Positions 8,883 to 17,754 of a stretch of 64,000 bases of DNA are shown piece by piece. The notes below the pieces were generated by a model. The model saw nothing but the letters and a program-made list of their open reading frames with translations. It was not told the origin of the DNA and did not search any database. How positions within the stretch are numbered: position 1 is the first letter of the stretch; each line of letters starts with the position of its first letter. Origin of the DNA: a virus (taxonomy: Duplodnaviria; Caudoviricetes); IMG/VR virus record IMGVR_UViG_3300024259_001623; one strand, given 5' to 3'. A program made the translations under genes and the position numbers.

Positions 8883-9263
8883 TTATTTGCCATAATATCT
8901 ATATAAAATTCCAGATGCAACAGCAGCTACTTGACACCATGCGCTCTTAGATGCATCTTTATTACTCCATGTAGGAATTCTTCCATCACGATCAGAACAA
9001 AAACCTATTCCATTAAGCTCTTTATCTTTTCTCGCGTTGAAACCAATGGAGAACAATCCGCTTCTTACCATCCGATCATAAGCCTTGGAGACTCTTTCGG
9101 AGATAGGTATATTAAGAGCCTTAGCTAATTCTGGCAAAGAAGGAGTTGCTCCCTCGATAAAAGCCATAAGCATAGCTACTCCGTAGCCACCTTCTTGTTC
9201 CTCAAAAGAGGCTCTTGTCCAATTATCTCCACAAATCTCAGATACAAGCTTTTCGTACTTCAT
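8883..9263 (-). CDS. Hypothetical protein
   Basis: 126 aa ORF with SD GGAG. The central segment (SLPELAKALNIP...AYDRMVRSG) is possibly HTH-like. Confidence 0.55.
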   Translation of the reverse strand: MKYEKLVSEICGDNWTRASFEEQEGGYGVAMLMAFIEGATPSLPELAKALNIPISERVSKAYDRMVRSGLFSIGFNARKDKELNGIGFCSDRDGRIPTWSNKDASKSAWCQVAAVASGILYRYYGK

Positions 9264-9355
9264 AAATTTTCTCCATTAAAATAAATTTCTTTAACTTCTA
9301 AACAGAATTATCCCTTGATTCTTCTGCACTTTTTGACAAATTATCAAACTTTCTT

Positions 9356-10258
9356 TTATCGCCCAAGAGCCTTATGACACAACTCAGAGATTTCCTCAAG
9401 AGCCTGTAATTCCTTACCTGGAACCGAAATAGCCTTTTCTAGAGAACCATAATGATGTTCTAGGCACTCCAACAGTAATTTCTTAATCTTGGATTCATCT
9501 GGTCCCCAAGGCAACTTAGATTCATTATATGCAGTCTCAAGCTCTTGCTCCATACGAGTAAAGAATTCTTCTATTTGTTCCTGAGTCCATTCACCGCGAC
9601 GAATAGCTTTCAACCTTTCCCTATCCTGTTGCAAGTTCAAATCACCTAAAGTTAATATCTGCTGTACCTCTCCTATCAACCGGACCACATGCGAAGCGAA
9701 TTTGGTGTCATATCCAAACTTATCAATCAATGCAGCACGTTTACTTCCCAGTTCTGGATTCTTATTCTTCATCTTCTTCAACTGCGAATAAGCATAACCC
9801 TTGAACTTCGGCCAGCAAGCCTTGCTCAGGAACATATGCCTGTTATCACGCAACATCTGACCGACTTGAGTTGAATGAATAATGCAATTATCAGGTACAA
9901 ACAAACAGTCAACCATGTTTGGGTTCATCTCCATACATAAAGAGAAGAACTTAACAATCGAATAGACAGTCATATCATATTCTTTATCTTTATGCATAAC
10001 ATGATGTTCTTGCCAGTTCTCAAACCGTTTTTTATGTCTACCGAACCCTTCAATCTCACCACGAAGATGCGGGAATACCATATCTTTTGGTGGAATGCAG
10101 AACCCAACCACATCCATATCAGAAGTATCTCCAGACATCCCATATGCAACTGAGCCAGTGATGACTTCATAATGCATATTGATTGGTACGAATCTTGGAG
10201 GGTTGACTAGCCCAACGTCATGTAATTTTTTAACTATACTGCTTCCCATTTTTGTCAT
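9356..10258 (-). CDS. Nucleotidyltransferase, DNA pol beta superfamily (RlaP/YcgL-like)
   Basis: ITGSVAYG..SDTSDMDVVG (GS and DxD motifs), YSIVKFF.L....NPNMVDCLF, KGYAYSQLKK and YDTKFASHVVRL. Confidence 0.85.
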   Translation of the reverse strand: MTKMGSSIVKKLHDVGLVNPPRFVPINMHYEVITGSVAYGMSGDTSDMDVVGFCIPPKDMVFPHLRGEIEGFGRHKKRFENWQEHHVMHKDKEYDMTVYSIVKFFSLCMEMNPNMVDCLFVPDNCIIHSTQVGQMLRDNRHMFLSKACWPKFKGYAYSQLKKMKNKNPELGSKRAALIDKFGYDTKFASHVVRLIGEVQQILTLGDLNLQQDRERLKAIRRGEWTQEQIEEFFTRMEQELETAYNESKLPWGPDESKIKKLLLECLEHHYGSLEKAISVPGKELQALEEISELCHKALGR

Positions 10259-10303
10259 CCTTTTCCGTTCTTTCTATATTATAGGGCAGAAACCAGGTTT
10301 TTG

Positions 10304-10612
10304 TCATATAATTTCAAAATTTTCTAAAAATTCATCTTCAAATTCTTCAAGTTCTATATCTACGGCAAAATCGACATCGCCGGGAGATACACAATAAACT
10401 ATTCGATGCTTCTTTTCTATTTTTTCATATGTTAAAGTAGAATCGTTTATTATATTTTCTACTGTAGGAGCAATATTTCCATCTTTTCTTTTTAGATAAA
10501 AAGTTTGTGCTTCATTGCTAGTCTGTACTTTATTCAGTATGATGAATACTTCATCGATCTCGCTGACTAATGCCATTTTGACTCTCCTCTTTTTTGAACT
10601 TTTCTTAGCCAT
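10304..10612 (-). CDS. Hypothetical protein
   Basis: 102 aa ORF with a basic N-terminus and an acidic C-terminus. Confidence 0.5.
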   Translation of the reverse strand: MAKKSSKKRRVKMALVSEIDEVFIILNKVQTSNEAQTFYLKRKDGNIAPTVENIINDSTLTYEKIEKKHRIVYCVSPGDVDFAVDIELEEFEDEFLENFEII

Positions 10613-10650
10613 AATATTAACCTACATGAAGTACACTATTTATTTAAAAT

Positions 10651-10893
10651 TTAACGCCCTTGACAATTATCACCAGAACATCCGATCTCTCCGTCTTTGG
10701 ACAGACCATCCAAATATTCTTTCAATTCTGTATTTTTAGCACAAAAAAAACCATTTTCAGATCTCATGATATATTTGCAGGTTCTTTTACCCTGTCCTTT
10801 CAAACATATATCATATAAAGCTGCATCGTCTATCTTAATAGAATCATTGTGTAAAATATGATTCAACTTTTCTTCCGTATCTATGGCTTTCAT
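10651..10893 (-). CDS. Small Cys-rich hypothetical protein
   Basis: 80 aa ORF containing C..GQG..TCKY...FFCAK...CSGDNCQG. Confidence 0.5.
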   Translation of the reverse strand: MKAIDTEEKLNHILHNDSIKIDDAALYDICLKGQGKRTCKYIMRSENGFFCAKNTELKEYLDGLSKDGEIGCSGDNCQGR

Positions 10894-10895
10894 AT

Positions 10896-11564
10896 TTAAG
10901 AAATCCTACTTTTAGGGAATCCCCTCTTTTTTCTCTTTGCATAGACTCTTTGATCTAAATGCATATACTTTAGATTCCTCATATAAGAAAAATCTTTACC
11001 AGTATATTCCACCCATGAATGCCTTATAATAACCTGATTAATATATCTACATTTTTTCATTTTCTTTGTTACTTCTGTAAATTCATCATCGCAATAAAAG
11101 CTGGTGTAATCTGGATGATAAATATATCCAAATCTATCATAAAACTTTTTTCCCATTATGGACAACGTATTTAGTCTTTTACCTCTTCTACCATCATTAA
11201 AATGAAGAACTCCATCAGTGTTAGAAAAATACTTTTTCATATTTTTCATAATTATATCGTCATAACCTTTAACTATCGGGATCATATCATCAGAAGCCAA
11301 AAGTAACACATCAAAATCAACATTATCTAGATTTCCATTAATCGCTTCTACTTTATTTCTAAACTTACCATAAAAATATTTTAGATTTTCCTTATTCAAA
11401 AGATATTTTTTCATCTTAATATTATTCATTGAAGGATCATTTTCATTCATAGAAATGATAAACTCATAATCATGTTTACCAGATAAGAACTTATAGTACC
11501 TATCTAAGGTATTTCTGAATTTCTTTTCTCTGAATCTGGTTGGAAATTTTATCAACAATTTCAT
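10896..11564 (-). CDS. GT-A (GT2-like) glycosyltransferase
   Basis: KLLIKFPTR...KVEAIN...DVLLLASDDMIP...LHFNDG...IYHPDYTSFYCDDEF. Near-copy of the next gene's N-terminal domain. Confidence 0.7.
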   Translation of the reverse strand: MKLLIKFPTRFREKKFRNTLDRYYKFLSGKHDYEFIISMNENDPSMNNIKMKKYLLNKENLKYFYGKFRNKVEAINGNLDNVDFDVLLLASDDMIPIVKGYDDIIMKNMKKYFSNTDGVLHFNDGRRGKRLNTLSIMGKKFYDRFGYIYHPDYTSFYCDDEFTEVTKKMKKCRYINQVIIRHSWVEYTGKDFSYMRNLKYMHLDQRVYAKRKKRGFPKSRIS

Positions 11565-12971
11565 TTATGTGACCACCCTATATTTTCTATTATCAAAAAT
11601 TCTCTTATCAGAAGCAAAAATCTTTTTTGCAGCAGGATTAGAGAACTGTGTAGATAAATTGCTATTATTCATTATTTTATTATTCACATATATATAATTA
11701 TCGTTTACCCTGCACCTTTCTATTAAATCTTCATCATGATATATATGTTTATACTGATCAGAAAAAACATATTTATTTTTATTATATGTTCTTCTTCCTA
11801 TACCAATACATTTATCAAAAAAGACTCCATGTTTACTACTCTTAAACTGGATAACTCCTTTTAAATCTGGAAAATGTTTAACAAAACTATTAACAATTAC
11901 TTCATCATAACCCTTTTTTGAAGGAGACATTTTATTATGAGTAGGTATTAATATGTCGAAATCTCTAGTTATATTTGAATTAAATGCATCAGTCTTACTA
12001 GCAAAAGTACCTCGTATTATCTTTATATTTTTAACATAAGAAACATTTTTAATATTAATATTTCTTGATACTCTTCTGTTTTCTATTATCAAATCTATCA
12101 GTATATTATAATTACCAGAAGACAATGATACAAATGGCTTTACGAATTTTTCTATTCTATCTTCTTGTTTCCAAAAATCGATATATATTCTAAATAATAA
12201 AGAAAACTTTTTCTCTTCTATCTTTTTACGAACTGATTTTATAGTTTCTTTTCTGATAGCATTTTCTTTTTGTACTTTTTCTGCATAATTAGATATAGAA
12301 TCTAATGGGAAACCCATTAATACACGTTGTTTAAAAATATTACGATCTTGCTTAAAAAACTTTTCATTTTTTAAATATAAATCATCTGGTTTATATTTTA
12401 TGTTCTTTTCTGGCCCTTTCCAATCATGTTTAAAAATAATCTTATCTATATAGACTGACTTCTTCATCCTTTCAGAAACTCTCTGGAATTCCTCATCACA
12501 ATAAAAACTTGTATAATCTGGATGATAAATATATCCAAATCTATCGTAGTATTTTCTCCCCATTATAGGGAAACTATTTAACTTTATACCCATTCTTCCA
12601 TCATTAAAATGAAGAACCCCATCAGTGTCAGTGAAATACTTTTTCATATTTTTTATAATTACTTCATCATAACCTTTTATTTTGGGAGTCATATCATCAG
12701 AAGCTAAGAGCAATATATCAAAATCAACATTTCCCAGATCACAATTGATAGCTTCAATCTTACTTTTAGAATTTCCATAAAAATATTTTAGATTTTTTTT
12801 ATCTAACATCTTACGTATTTCAAGGTTATTCATAGAACGATCATCAGAATCCATAGATATAATAAATTCCACTTCATTCTTACCAGATAATAAATTCCTA
12901 TATTGACTAAGAATTTTTCTAAATAGTTTCGGTCTTTGTCTAGTTGGAAATTTTATCAAAATCTTCTTCAT
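11565..12971 (-). CDS. GT-A glycosyltransferase with two tandem domains (second degenerate)
   Basis: The N-terminal domain carries LLLASDDM. The C-terminal domain repeats the pattern (KTDAFNS...FDILIPTHNKM...KGYDEVIV...HFPD..GVIQF) without the DD motif. Confidence 0.7.
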   Translation of the reverse strand: MKKILIKFPTRQRPKLFRKILSQYRNLLSGKNEVEFIISMDSDDRSMNNLEIRKMLDKKNLKYFYGNSKSKIEAINCDLGNVDFDILLLASDDMTPKIKGYDEVIIKNMKKYFTDTDGVLHFNDGRMGIKLNSFPIMGRKYYDRFGYIYHPDYTSFYCDEEFQRVSERMKKSVYIDKIIFKHDWKGPEKNIKYKPDDLYLKNEKFFKQDRNIFKQRVLMGFPLDSISNYAEKVQKENAIRKETIKSVRKKIEEKKFSLLFRIYIDFWKQEDRIEKFVKPFVSLSSGNYNILIDLIIENRRVSRNINIKNVSYVKNIKIIRGTFASKTDAFNSNITRDFDILIPTHNKMSPSKKGYDEVIVNSFVKHFPDLKGVIQFKSSKHGVFFDKCIGIGRRTYNKNKYVFSDQYKHIYHDEDLIERCRVNDNYIYVNNKIMNNSNLSTQFSNPAAKKIFASDKRIFDNRKYRVVT

Positions 12972-13864
12972 GATATTATCTCTATTGCTTTATTTACTAT
13001 TATATCGGGTTTTATGTCCCTACATCGCCATCCACATTGCTTCTTATTGTATAACCAAAAGTCAGGTGCTTTCTTCTGGCATGGAGAGCAAGACATTTTC
13101 TTTCTTATTATACTAGTAAATTTATGGAATCTCTGATCATAATTCTTTCCAGGGTTTGTCATAGTATAAATTGCTATGTTATTTTTACATAAAATATTAG
13201 CAATATGATAGGTGCTAGTATCATTAGATATTAATAATTTAGAACCTTTGATAACGCCCATAGAATCCCTCAGATTAAGACCTGTGAGATTAAGGGTTCC
13301 TGGCACATATTCGTCTTTTGATCCAATAGAACCGACTGAGAACCCTCTGGATAGTAGTTTACGGCATAACTCTTTATATCTAGAATAACTCTTACACTCC
13401 CATCTTCTCCTAGCAGCAGAAGAGACTTTGCTATAACCATTATGTACGATAATATCTGGAACATCTATACTTGTCTGCACATGGGAATAAAGATCCTCAT
13501 CAATAGAGAAATCCTCATTTGTATAGCCTGTATCTACAATAGATAAATTATATTCAATTTCAGATACTTTTGTAATATTCTTACAGTGCCTAGAGTTTAG
13601 TATTTTTACATGTTTTAGTGGTTTATCCCATCCACGAGATGTAATAAATTGCCCTGCATAAATAGGTTTATTTATTGGCTCTCCTCTAATAACTATTTCG
13701 TCTGCTATATGCTCAAATAGTATCTTAGTGGGTTTTTTAGTTGTAGGCATAGTGTTATAGACTGTTACAAAATATCCATATTTCTTTTTCAAATATACCA
13801 ATGCAGGGATTGTCTGCACTTGATTTCCTATACCATCTCCTACAATAAATATAATTTTCTTCAT
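12968..13864 (-). CDS. GT9 (heptosyltransferase-like) glycosyltransferase
   Basis: GDGIGNQVQTIPAL..LKKKY and LTGLNL.DSMGVIKGSKLLISNDTSTYHIAN match GT9 (IGD.V...P; NDSG.MH.A). Confidence 0.8.
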   Translation of the reverse strand: MKKIIFIVGDGIGNQVQTIPALVYLKKKYGYFVTVYNTMPTTKKPTKILFEHIADEIVIRGEPINKPIYAGQFITSRGWDKPLKHVKILNSRHCKNITKVSEIEYNLSIVDTGYTNEDFSIDEDLYSHVQTSIDVPDIIVHNGYSKVSSAARRRWECKSYSRYKELCRKLLSRGFSVGSIGSKDEYVPGTLNLTGLNLRDSMGVIKGSKLLISNDTSTYHIANILCKNNIAIYTMTNPGKNYDQRFHKFTSIIRKKMSCSPCQKKAPDFWLYNKKQCGWRCRDIKPDIIVNKAIEIIS

Positions 13865-13866
13865 TC

Positions 13867-15651
13867 TTAACCATGTATGTTGTCATACTCTTTAATAGCT
13901 CTAATGACTCTATCAACGTCTTCTGGATAGTCTACTGCAATAGAAGAATCTGAAACCTCAACCATTTCTATATCATAGCCTAACTCTATAAATCTTAAAA
14001 TCTCTATATCTTCTATAGACTCCAATACAGTTTTTTGCTTACTATTTCCAAAATCAATTAGAGCTTTCTTAGGAAAAGCATAAATACATACTTGCTTCAT
14101 GGCCTTTTTGAATTCTGACTTCTTCGTAGTAGGAATCGGTGCCCTGCTCATAAGTATCATCTCGTTATTTTCCTTAGTGACAACTTTTATAATAGATGGA
14201 TTCCTAAAATCTTCTTCTTTAAAGATTTGGCACATCCCACAATGTACTTTTTCTGGCGATGCGATATGTTTTTCAATCACATTAGTAATATCATCTGGAG
14301 ATATCAGTGGCTCATCCCCCTGGACATTGACAATCAAATCTGCATTTAAATTAAGAGAAGCCTCATAAACCCTGTCTGTGCCTGTCATACATTTATCAGT
14401 TGTCATAATCACCTGTATGCCACGTTCCTCACAGTGATTCTTTATAACCTCATCTTCTGTAGCTACAAACACATTTTCTTTTGGAAGAGCCAAGCAACAT
14501 CTTTCCCAAACTCTCTGTATTAAACTTTTCCCATTTAAATCTACTAAAGACTTCCCAGGAAATCTAGAACTTTTATATCTAGCAGGTATAACTATTTTGA
14601 TATCCATGTCGTAATTTTCCTTTTTATTGCTAAAACCATCCATCATAGCAACACTTAATATATCACCATTGTATTTATTGGAGTTTTCGCTCTTAGATAG
14701 ATTATTAACGCATTTAACTCTTTGAGAATTATTATAACTAACAGAACTCATTATCTCTTGTATATATGTTGGATGTATATCATTCATTGCTGCAATATAA
14801 TATAAAAGACTAGTTCCCCACCCGTATTTCTTCTTCAACTCTTCAAAATCACCCATTACAAGACCAAATATCTCATCTGTTTGATATTTTAAACCCCAGC
14901 CATTATTAAGCTCTATCAAAAAACTTTCAGTGTTAGCATTTCCTGATCCTCTGCCCATTCCCAACATCGTGCCATCTAACCATTCGACACCCAACTCAGA
15001 AGCAGCATAAATTGTATTATCTAAAGCTCTTCCTTTATTATTATGAGCATGTATTCCCAAATCTTTATCCCAGTTGTCTCTTAATATGGCACATATCCTA
15101 TCTAGTTCTTCTTCATCCATAGACCCAAAAGAATCTGCCATATAAAGAACATCAACAGATTCCCAGCTAGATATCATTTTAACCGCATCAGCTATATACG
15201 TTGAATCTTTGCCAGAAATTTGCATGATATTGAATGTAGGCATATAGCCCAACTGCTTCAACTCTTTACAAATAGGTTCACATTGTTCAATTTGATCTAA
15301 ATATGCGCAAATCCTAACAATATCTATAACAGAATCTTCTTTTGGGACAAACAAATCATTTACACATTTTTTTGCCCCTCCCTCATATGTTATGAAATCT
15401 TTTGCATTTATCATGACAGCTTTAGAGCAAGAAGGCAGATTAAGAGTTCTCAAAAAATCTTCTTTACAATAAGCAAACGGTCCTAATTGTTTATCTTTAG
15501 GAGTATACCTGAATCCGATTTCAATAACATCAATCTTAGATTTTTCTATAGCTGCAAAATATTTATTAGCTAAATCAATATCGAAATCCCAGTTATTGTA
15601 GTATCCACCATCTCTGAATGTACAATCCAAAACTTTTATTTTACTTGCCAT
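13867..15651 (-). CDS. Fusion of a DRE-TIM (HMGL-like) aldolase and a KdsB-like 3-deoxy-ulosonate cytidylyltransferase
   Basis: Start adjusted to ATG 15651 (SD AAGGAG). N-terminal domain: VLDCTFRDGGYYNNWDF, YMADSFG, GIHAHNN, GMGRGSGN. C-terminal domain: IVIPARYKSSRFPGK.L, MTGTDR, NVQGDEP, KQVCIYAF, LESIEDIEILR, VDYPED. Confidence 0.85.
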   Translation of the reverse strand: MASKIKVLDCTFRDGGYYNNWDFDIDLANKYFAAIEKSKIDVIEIGFRYTPKDKQLGPFAYCKEDFLRTLNLPSCSKAVMINAKDFITYEGGAKKCVNDLFVPKEDSVIDIVRICAYLDQIEQCEPICKELKQLGYMPTFNIMQISGKDSTYIADAVKMISSWESVDVLYMADSFGSMDEEELDRICAILRDNWDKDLGIHAHNNKGRALDNTIYAASELGVEWLDGTMLGMGRGSGNANTESFLIELNNGWGLKYQTDEIFGLVMGDFEELKKKYGWGTSLLYYIAAMNDIHPTYIQEIMSSVSYNNSQRVKCVNNLSKSENSNKYNGDILSVAMMDGFSNKKENYDMDIKIVIPARYKSSRFPGKSLVDLNGKSLIQRVWERCCLALPKENVFVATEDEVIKNHCEERGIQVIMTTDKCMTGTDRVYEASLNLNADLIVNVQGDEPLISPDDITNVIEKHIASPEKVHCGMCQIFKEEDFRNPSIIKVVTKENNEMILMSRAPIPTTKKSEFKKAMKQVCIYAFPKKALIDFGNSKQKTVLESIEDIEILRFIELGYDIEMVEVSDSSIAVDYPEDVDRVIRAIKEYDNIHG

Positions 15652-16012
15652 TCTTGTCTCCTTTTTCAACATCTTTCAGTAACTTTTGATTTGACTTATA
15701 CACTTCAAGCAATCTAGCCCTTTCCTTTCTCTTCTTGGTATTTTTTTTGATAGTTGACTCATCCATCTTATCAAATAATTTATCTGTATCGAACTTATAT
15801 TCTATCAGCTTATTATTCATCTTCATTCCCATAATAAAAGCTTCTTCCACCAAAGCAACTATTCTTCTACATAGATCTTCATCTTTCTCCAACAATTCTG
15901 TTATACATAGATCATATATCTCTCTATTAACTTCGCAAATAGTTCTTTTTTGATTAGATACTCTTAAACCCTTTTTAGAATTTAATATACTATCTTTTAA
16001 ATCCTTTTTCAT
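15641..16012 (-). CDS. Hypothetical protein in the ulosonate cluster
   Basis: 123 aa ORF overlapping both neighbours; RTICEVNREIYDL. Confidence 0.55.
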   Translation of the reverse strand: MKKDLKDSILNSKKGLRVSNQKRTICEVNREIYDLCITELLEKDEDLCRRIVALVEEAFIMGMKMNNKLIEYKFDTDKLFDKMDESTIKKNTKKRKERARLLEVYKSNQKLLKDVEKGDKNGK

Positions 16013-16671
16013 AACATTTCCTTATAGAAATCCTTGAATACAGTAGGTGTAATAATATTGAAATTTATTCCGTAAAACCATAGATAAGTCAAAGTATTTA
16101 AAACAATATCATCTTTCTTTTTACATTCAGAAAAATTATTTTTATCCGTTAATCCTGACCCATATAAATGCTGACCATTCATATCATCTTTGTTATTAAA
16201 ATAATAAGTATATCCATCCATTCCAACTATATATATATTCTTGCATCCTAATAAATGGGCTATCATAATAGATAAACATCCAGCAGTTCTATAATATCCT
16301 CTTATAACTCCATTCTTAAAACTCATTTGTTCTTTTTCATTATCAGTATATTTTATAAGAACATAATCATTAGAATATTTTCTTCTTATCTTCTCTGGTA
16401 TATTCCGACCGAACATGACTTTAGATTCTTTATGGATATTATCTCCGAAATCTAATAATCTTTGTCTATTAGTCCAAACATGATAGTCTGGTACAATAAA
16501 AGAAGTCATATTATTAATGCCAAATGTTATATCTATTTTATCTTCTATGAATGCTTCTATCTTATCTTTATGACTATTAATAGAAGCCCCTGCTCCTACT
16601 ATCAATGCATTTTTCCCTTTTTCCGTATTTAATATTTTTTGTATAGTTTTCATATTAAAATTTATATCCAA
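16009..16671 (-). CDS. Maf/DUF115 (MptE-like) family protein
   Basis: KGKNALIVGAGAS...FGIN...PDYHVW...TAG.LSI.IAH.LGCKNIYIVGMDGY. Confidence 0.65.
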   Translation of the reverse strand: MDINFNMKTIQKILNTEKGKNALIVGAGASINSHKDKIEAFIEDKIDITFGINNMTSFIVPDYHVWTNRQRLLDFGDNIHKESKVMFGRNIPEKIRRKYSNDYVLIKYTDNEKEQMSFKNGVIRGYYRTAGCLSIMIAHLLGCKNIYIVGMDGYTYYFNNKDDMNGQHLYGSGLTDKNNFSECKKKDDIVLNTLTYLWFYGINFNIITPTVFKDFYKEML

Positions 16672-17248
16672 ATAATTCTATATCTTTTTTAACGGCCTTG
16701 TATACCATATCTTTTGTCTTTTTATTATAATATTTTTTATAATTTTTATGTTTGCTTGAATTCATAACTGGCAATTTCTCTTCTATATTAAGCATCGAAC
16801 ATAATTTAGAAAAATCATCATTTAAATCTTCATATCTTCCTATAAAATCTACTATTATATTATCTTTTTTATCTAAAATAAAATCAGACTGCAATTTAGC
16901 TCTTTTTGTTATATGAATTATAAATTCTTCAAAATTCATATTTCTATACATCTTATGTCTTACCTCGTTCAACTTTTTGAAATCGTTACTAGTTCTGTAC
17001 CATGTGTAAAAAGACACAAAACGATCCCAAGGATTTCTTACAAAACAAAATTTGAAATACTTATCAAAATTATCTATTGTTTTTGCGAGTTCTGTAGAAT
17101 TTTTATGTTTACCACCAGGTACAATCATTAATCCTTCTGGTAAAACTTTTACCTCCTGATCTGAATATTTCCTCAAAGCAGTAGATATACTTGTTCCCCC
17201 TGTTCTAGGAATGTGAACAAAAATAGAATTTATTTTTTTAAAAATCAT
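16655..17248 (-). CDS. Sulfotransferase (family 2-like)
   Basis: IFVHIPRTGGTSI (5'-PSB), FKFCFVRNPWDRFVSFY (3'-PB), DFIGRYEDL. Confidence 0.85.
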   Translation of the reverse strand: MIFKKINSIFVHIPRTGGTSISTALRKYSDQEVKVLPEGLMIVPGGKHKNSTELAKTIDNFDKYFKFCFVRNPWDRFVSFYTWYRTSNDFKKLNEVRHKMYRNMNFEEFIIHITKRAKLQSDFILDKKDNIIVDFIGRYEDLNDDFSKLCSMLNIEEKLPVMNSSKHKNYKKYYNKKTKDMVYKAVKKDIELFGYKF

Positions 17249-17754
17249 ACTATATCAGTTCTAACTAATTGAGAATTAACAGTATCTAACCCTAACATAT
17301 AACAACATGATGTTCTATGATGCCCCTCGTATATCTCATAACCATCGTTATATTTATTTTCGACAACTGGCTTATTTATTAAAACTATTTCTCCTATAAA
17401 ACCTCTCTTTTTTATGTCTTCATATAAATTGAAAAACGTTTTAATTTTATTAATCGTCCATTTATGATTTTTTCCATATAGCTTATGCATTCTATAATAC
17501 ATGCTTTTTTTGATATTATCAAAAACCTTTTCTTTATTATCTATATAATTACGTAACAAATCACAATGTGGTGATTCACTTATATTTAGAATTTCATTAT
17601 AGTTGCATCCTTTCCTTACAACTTCTCTATATAGTTTGAATCTATCATAATTATACTGGCAATGTATTTTGTCTATTTCTACTGGCAAAATTTCTATATT
17701 AACTAGTTTTACATTTTCTCGCAAAAATTTAGAAAATGGTTTTCTTTTTTTCAT
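17245..17754 (-). CDS. ParB/Srx N-terminal-like domain protein
   Basis: LYEDIKKRGF...I.L....YEIYEGHHRTSCC matches the ParB-like (D/E)GHHR motif. Confidence 0.55.
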   Translation of the reverse strand: MKKRKPFSKFLRENVKLVNIEILPVEIDKIHCQYNYDRFKLYREVVRKGCNYNEILNISESPHCDLLRNYIDNKEKVFDNIKKSMYYRMHKLYGKNHKWTINKIKTFFNLYEDIKKRGFIGEIVLINKPVVENKYNDGYEIYEGHHRTSCCYMLGLDTVNSQLVRTDIV

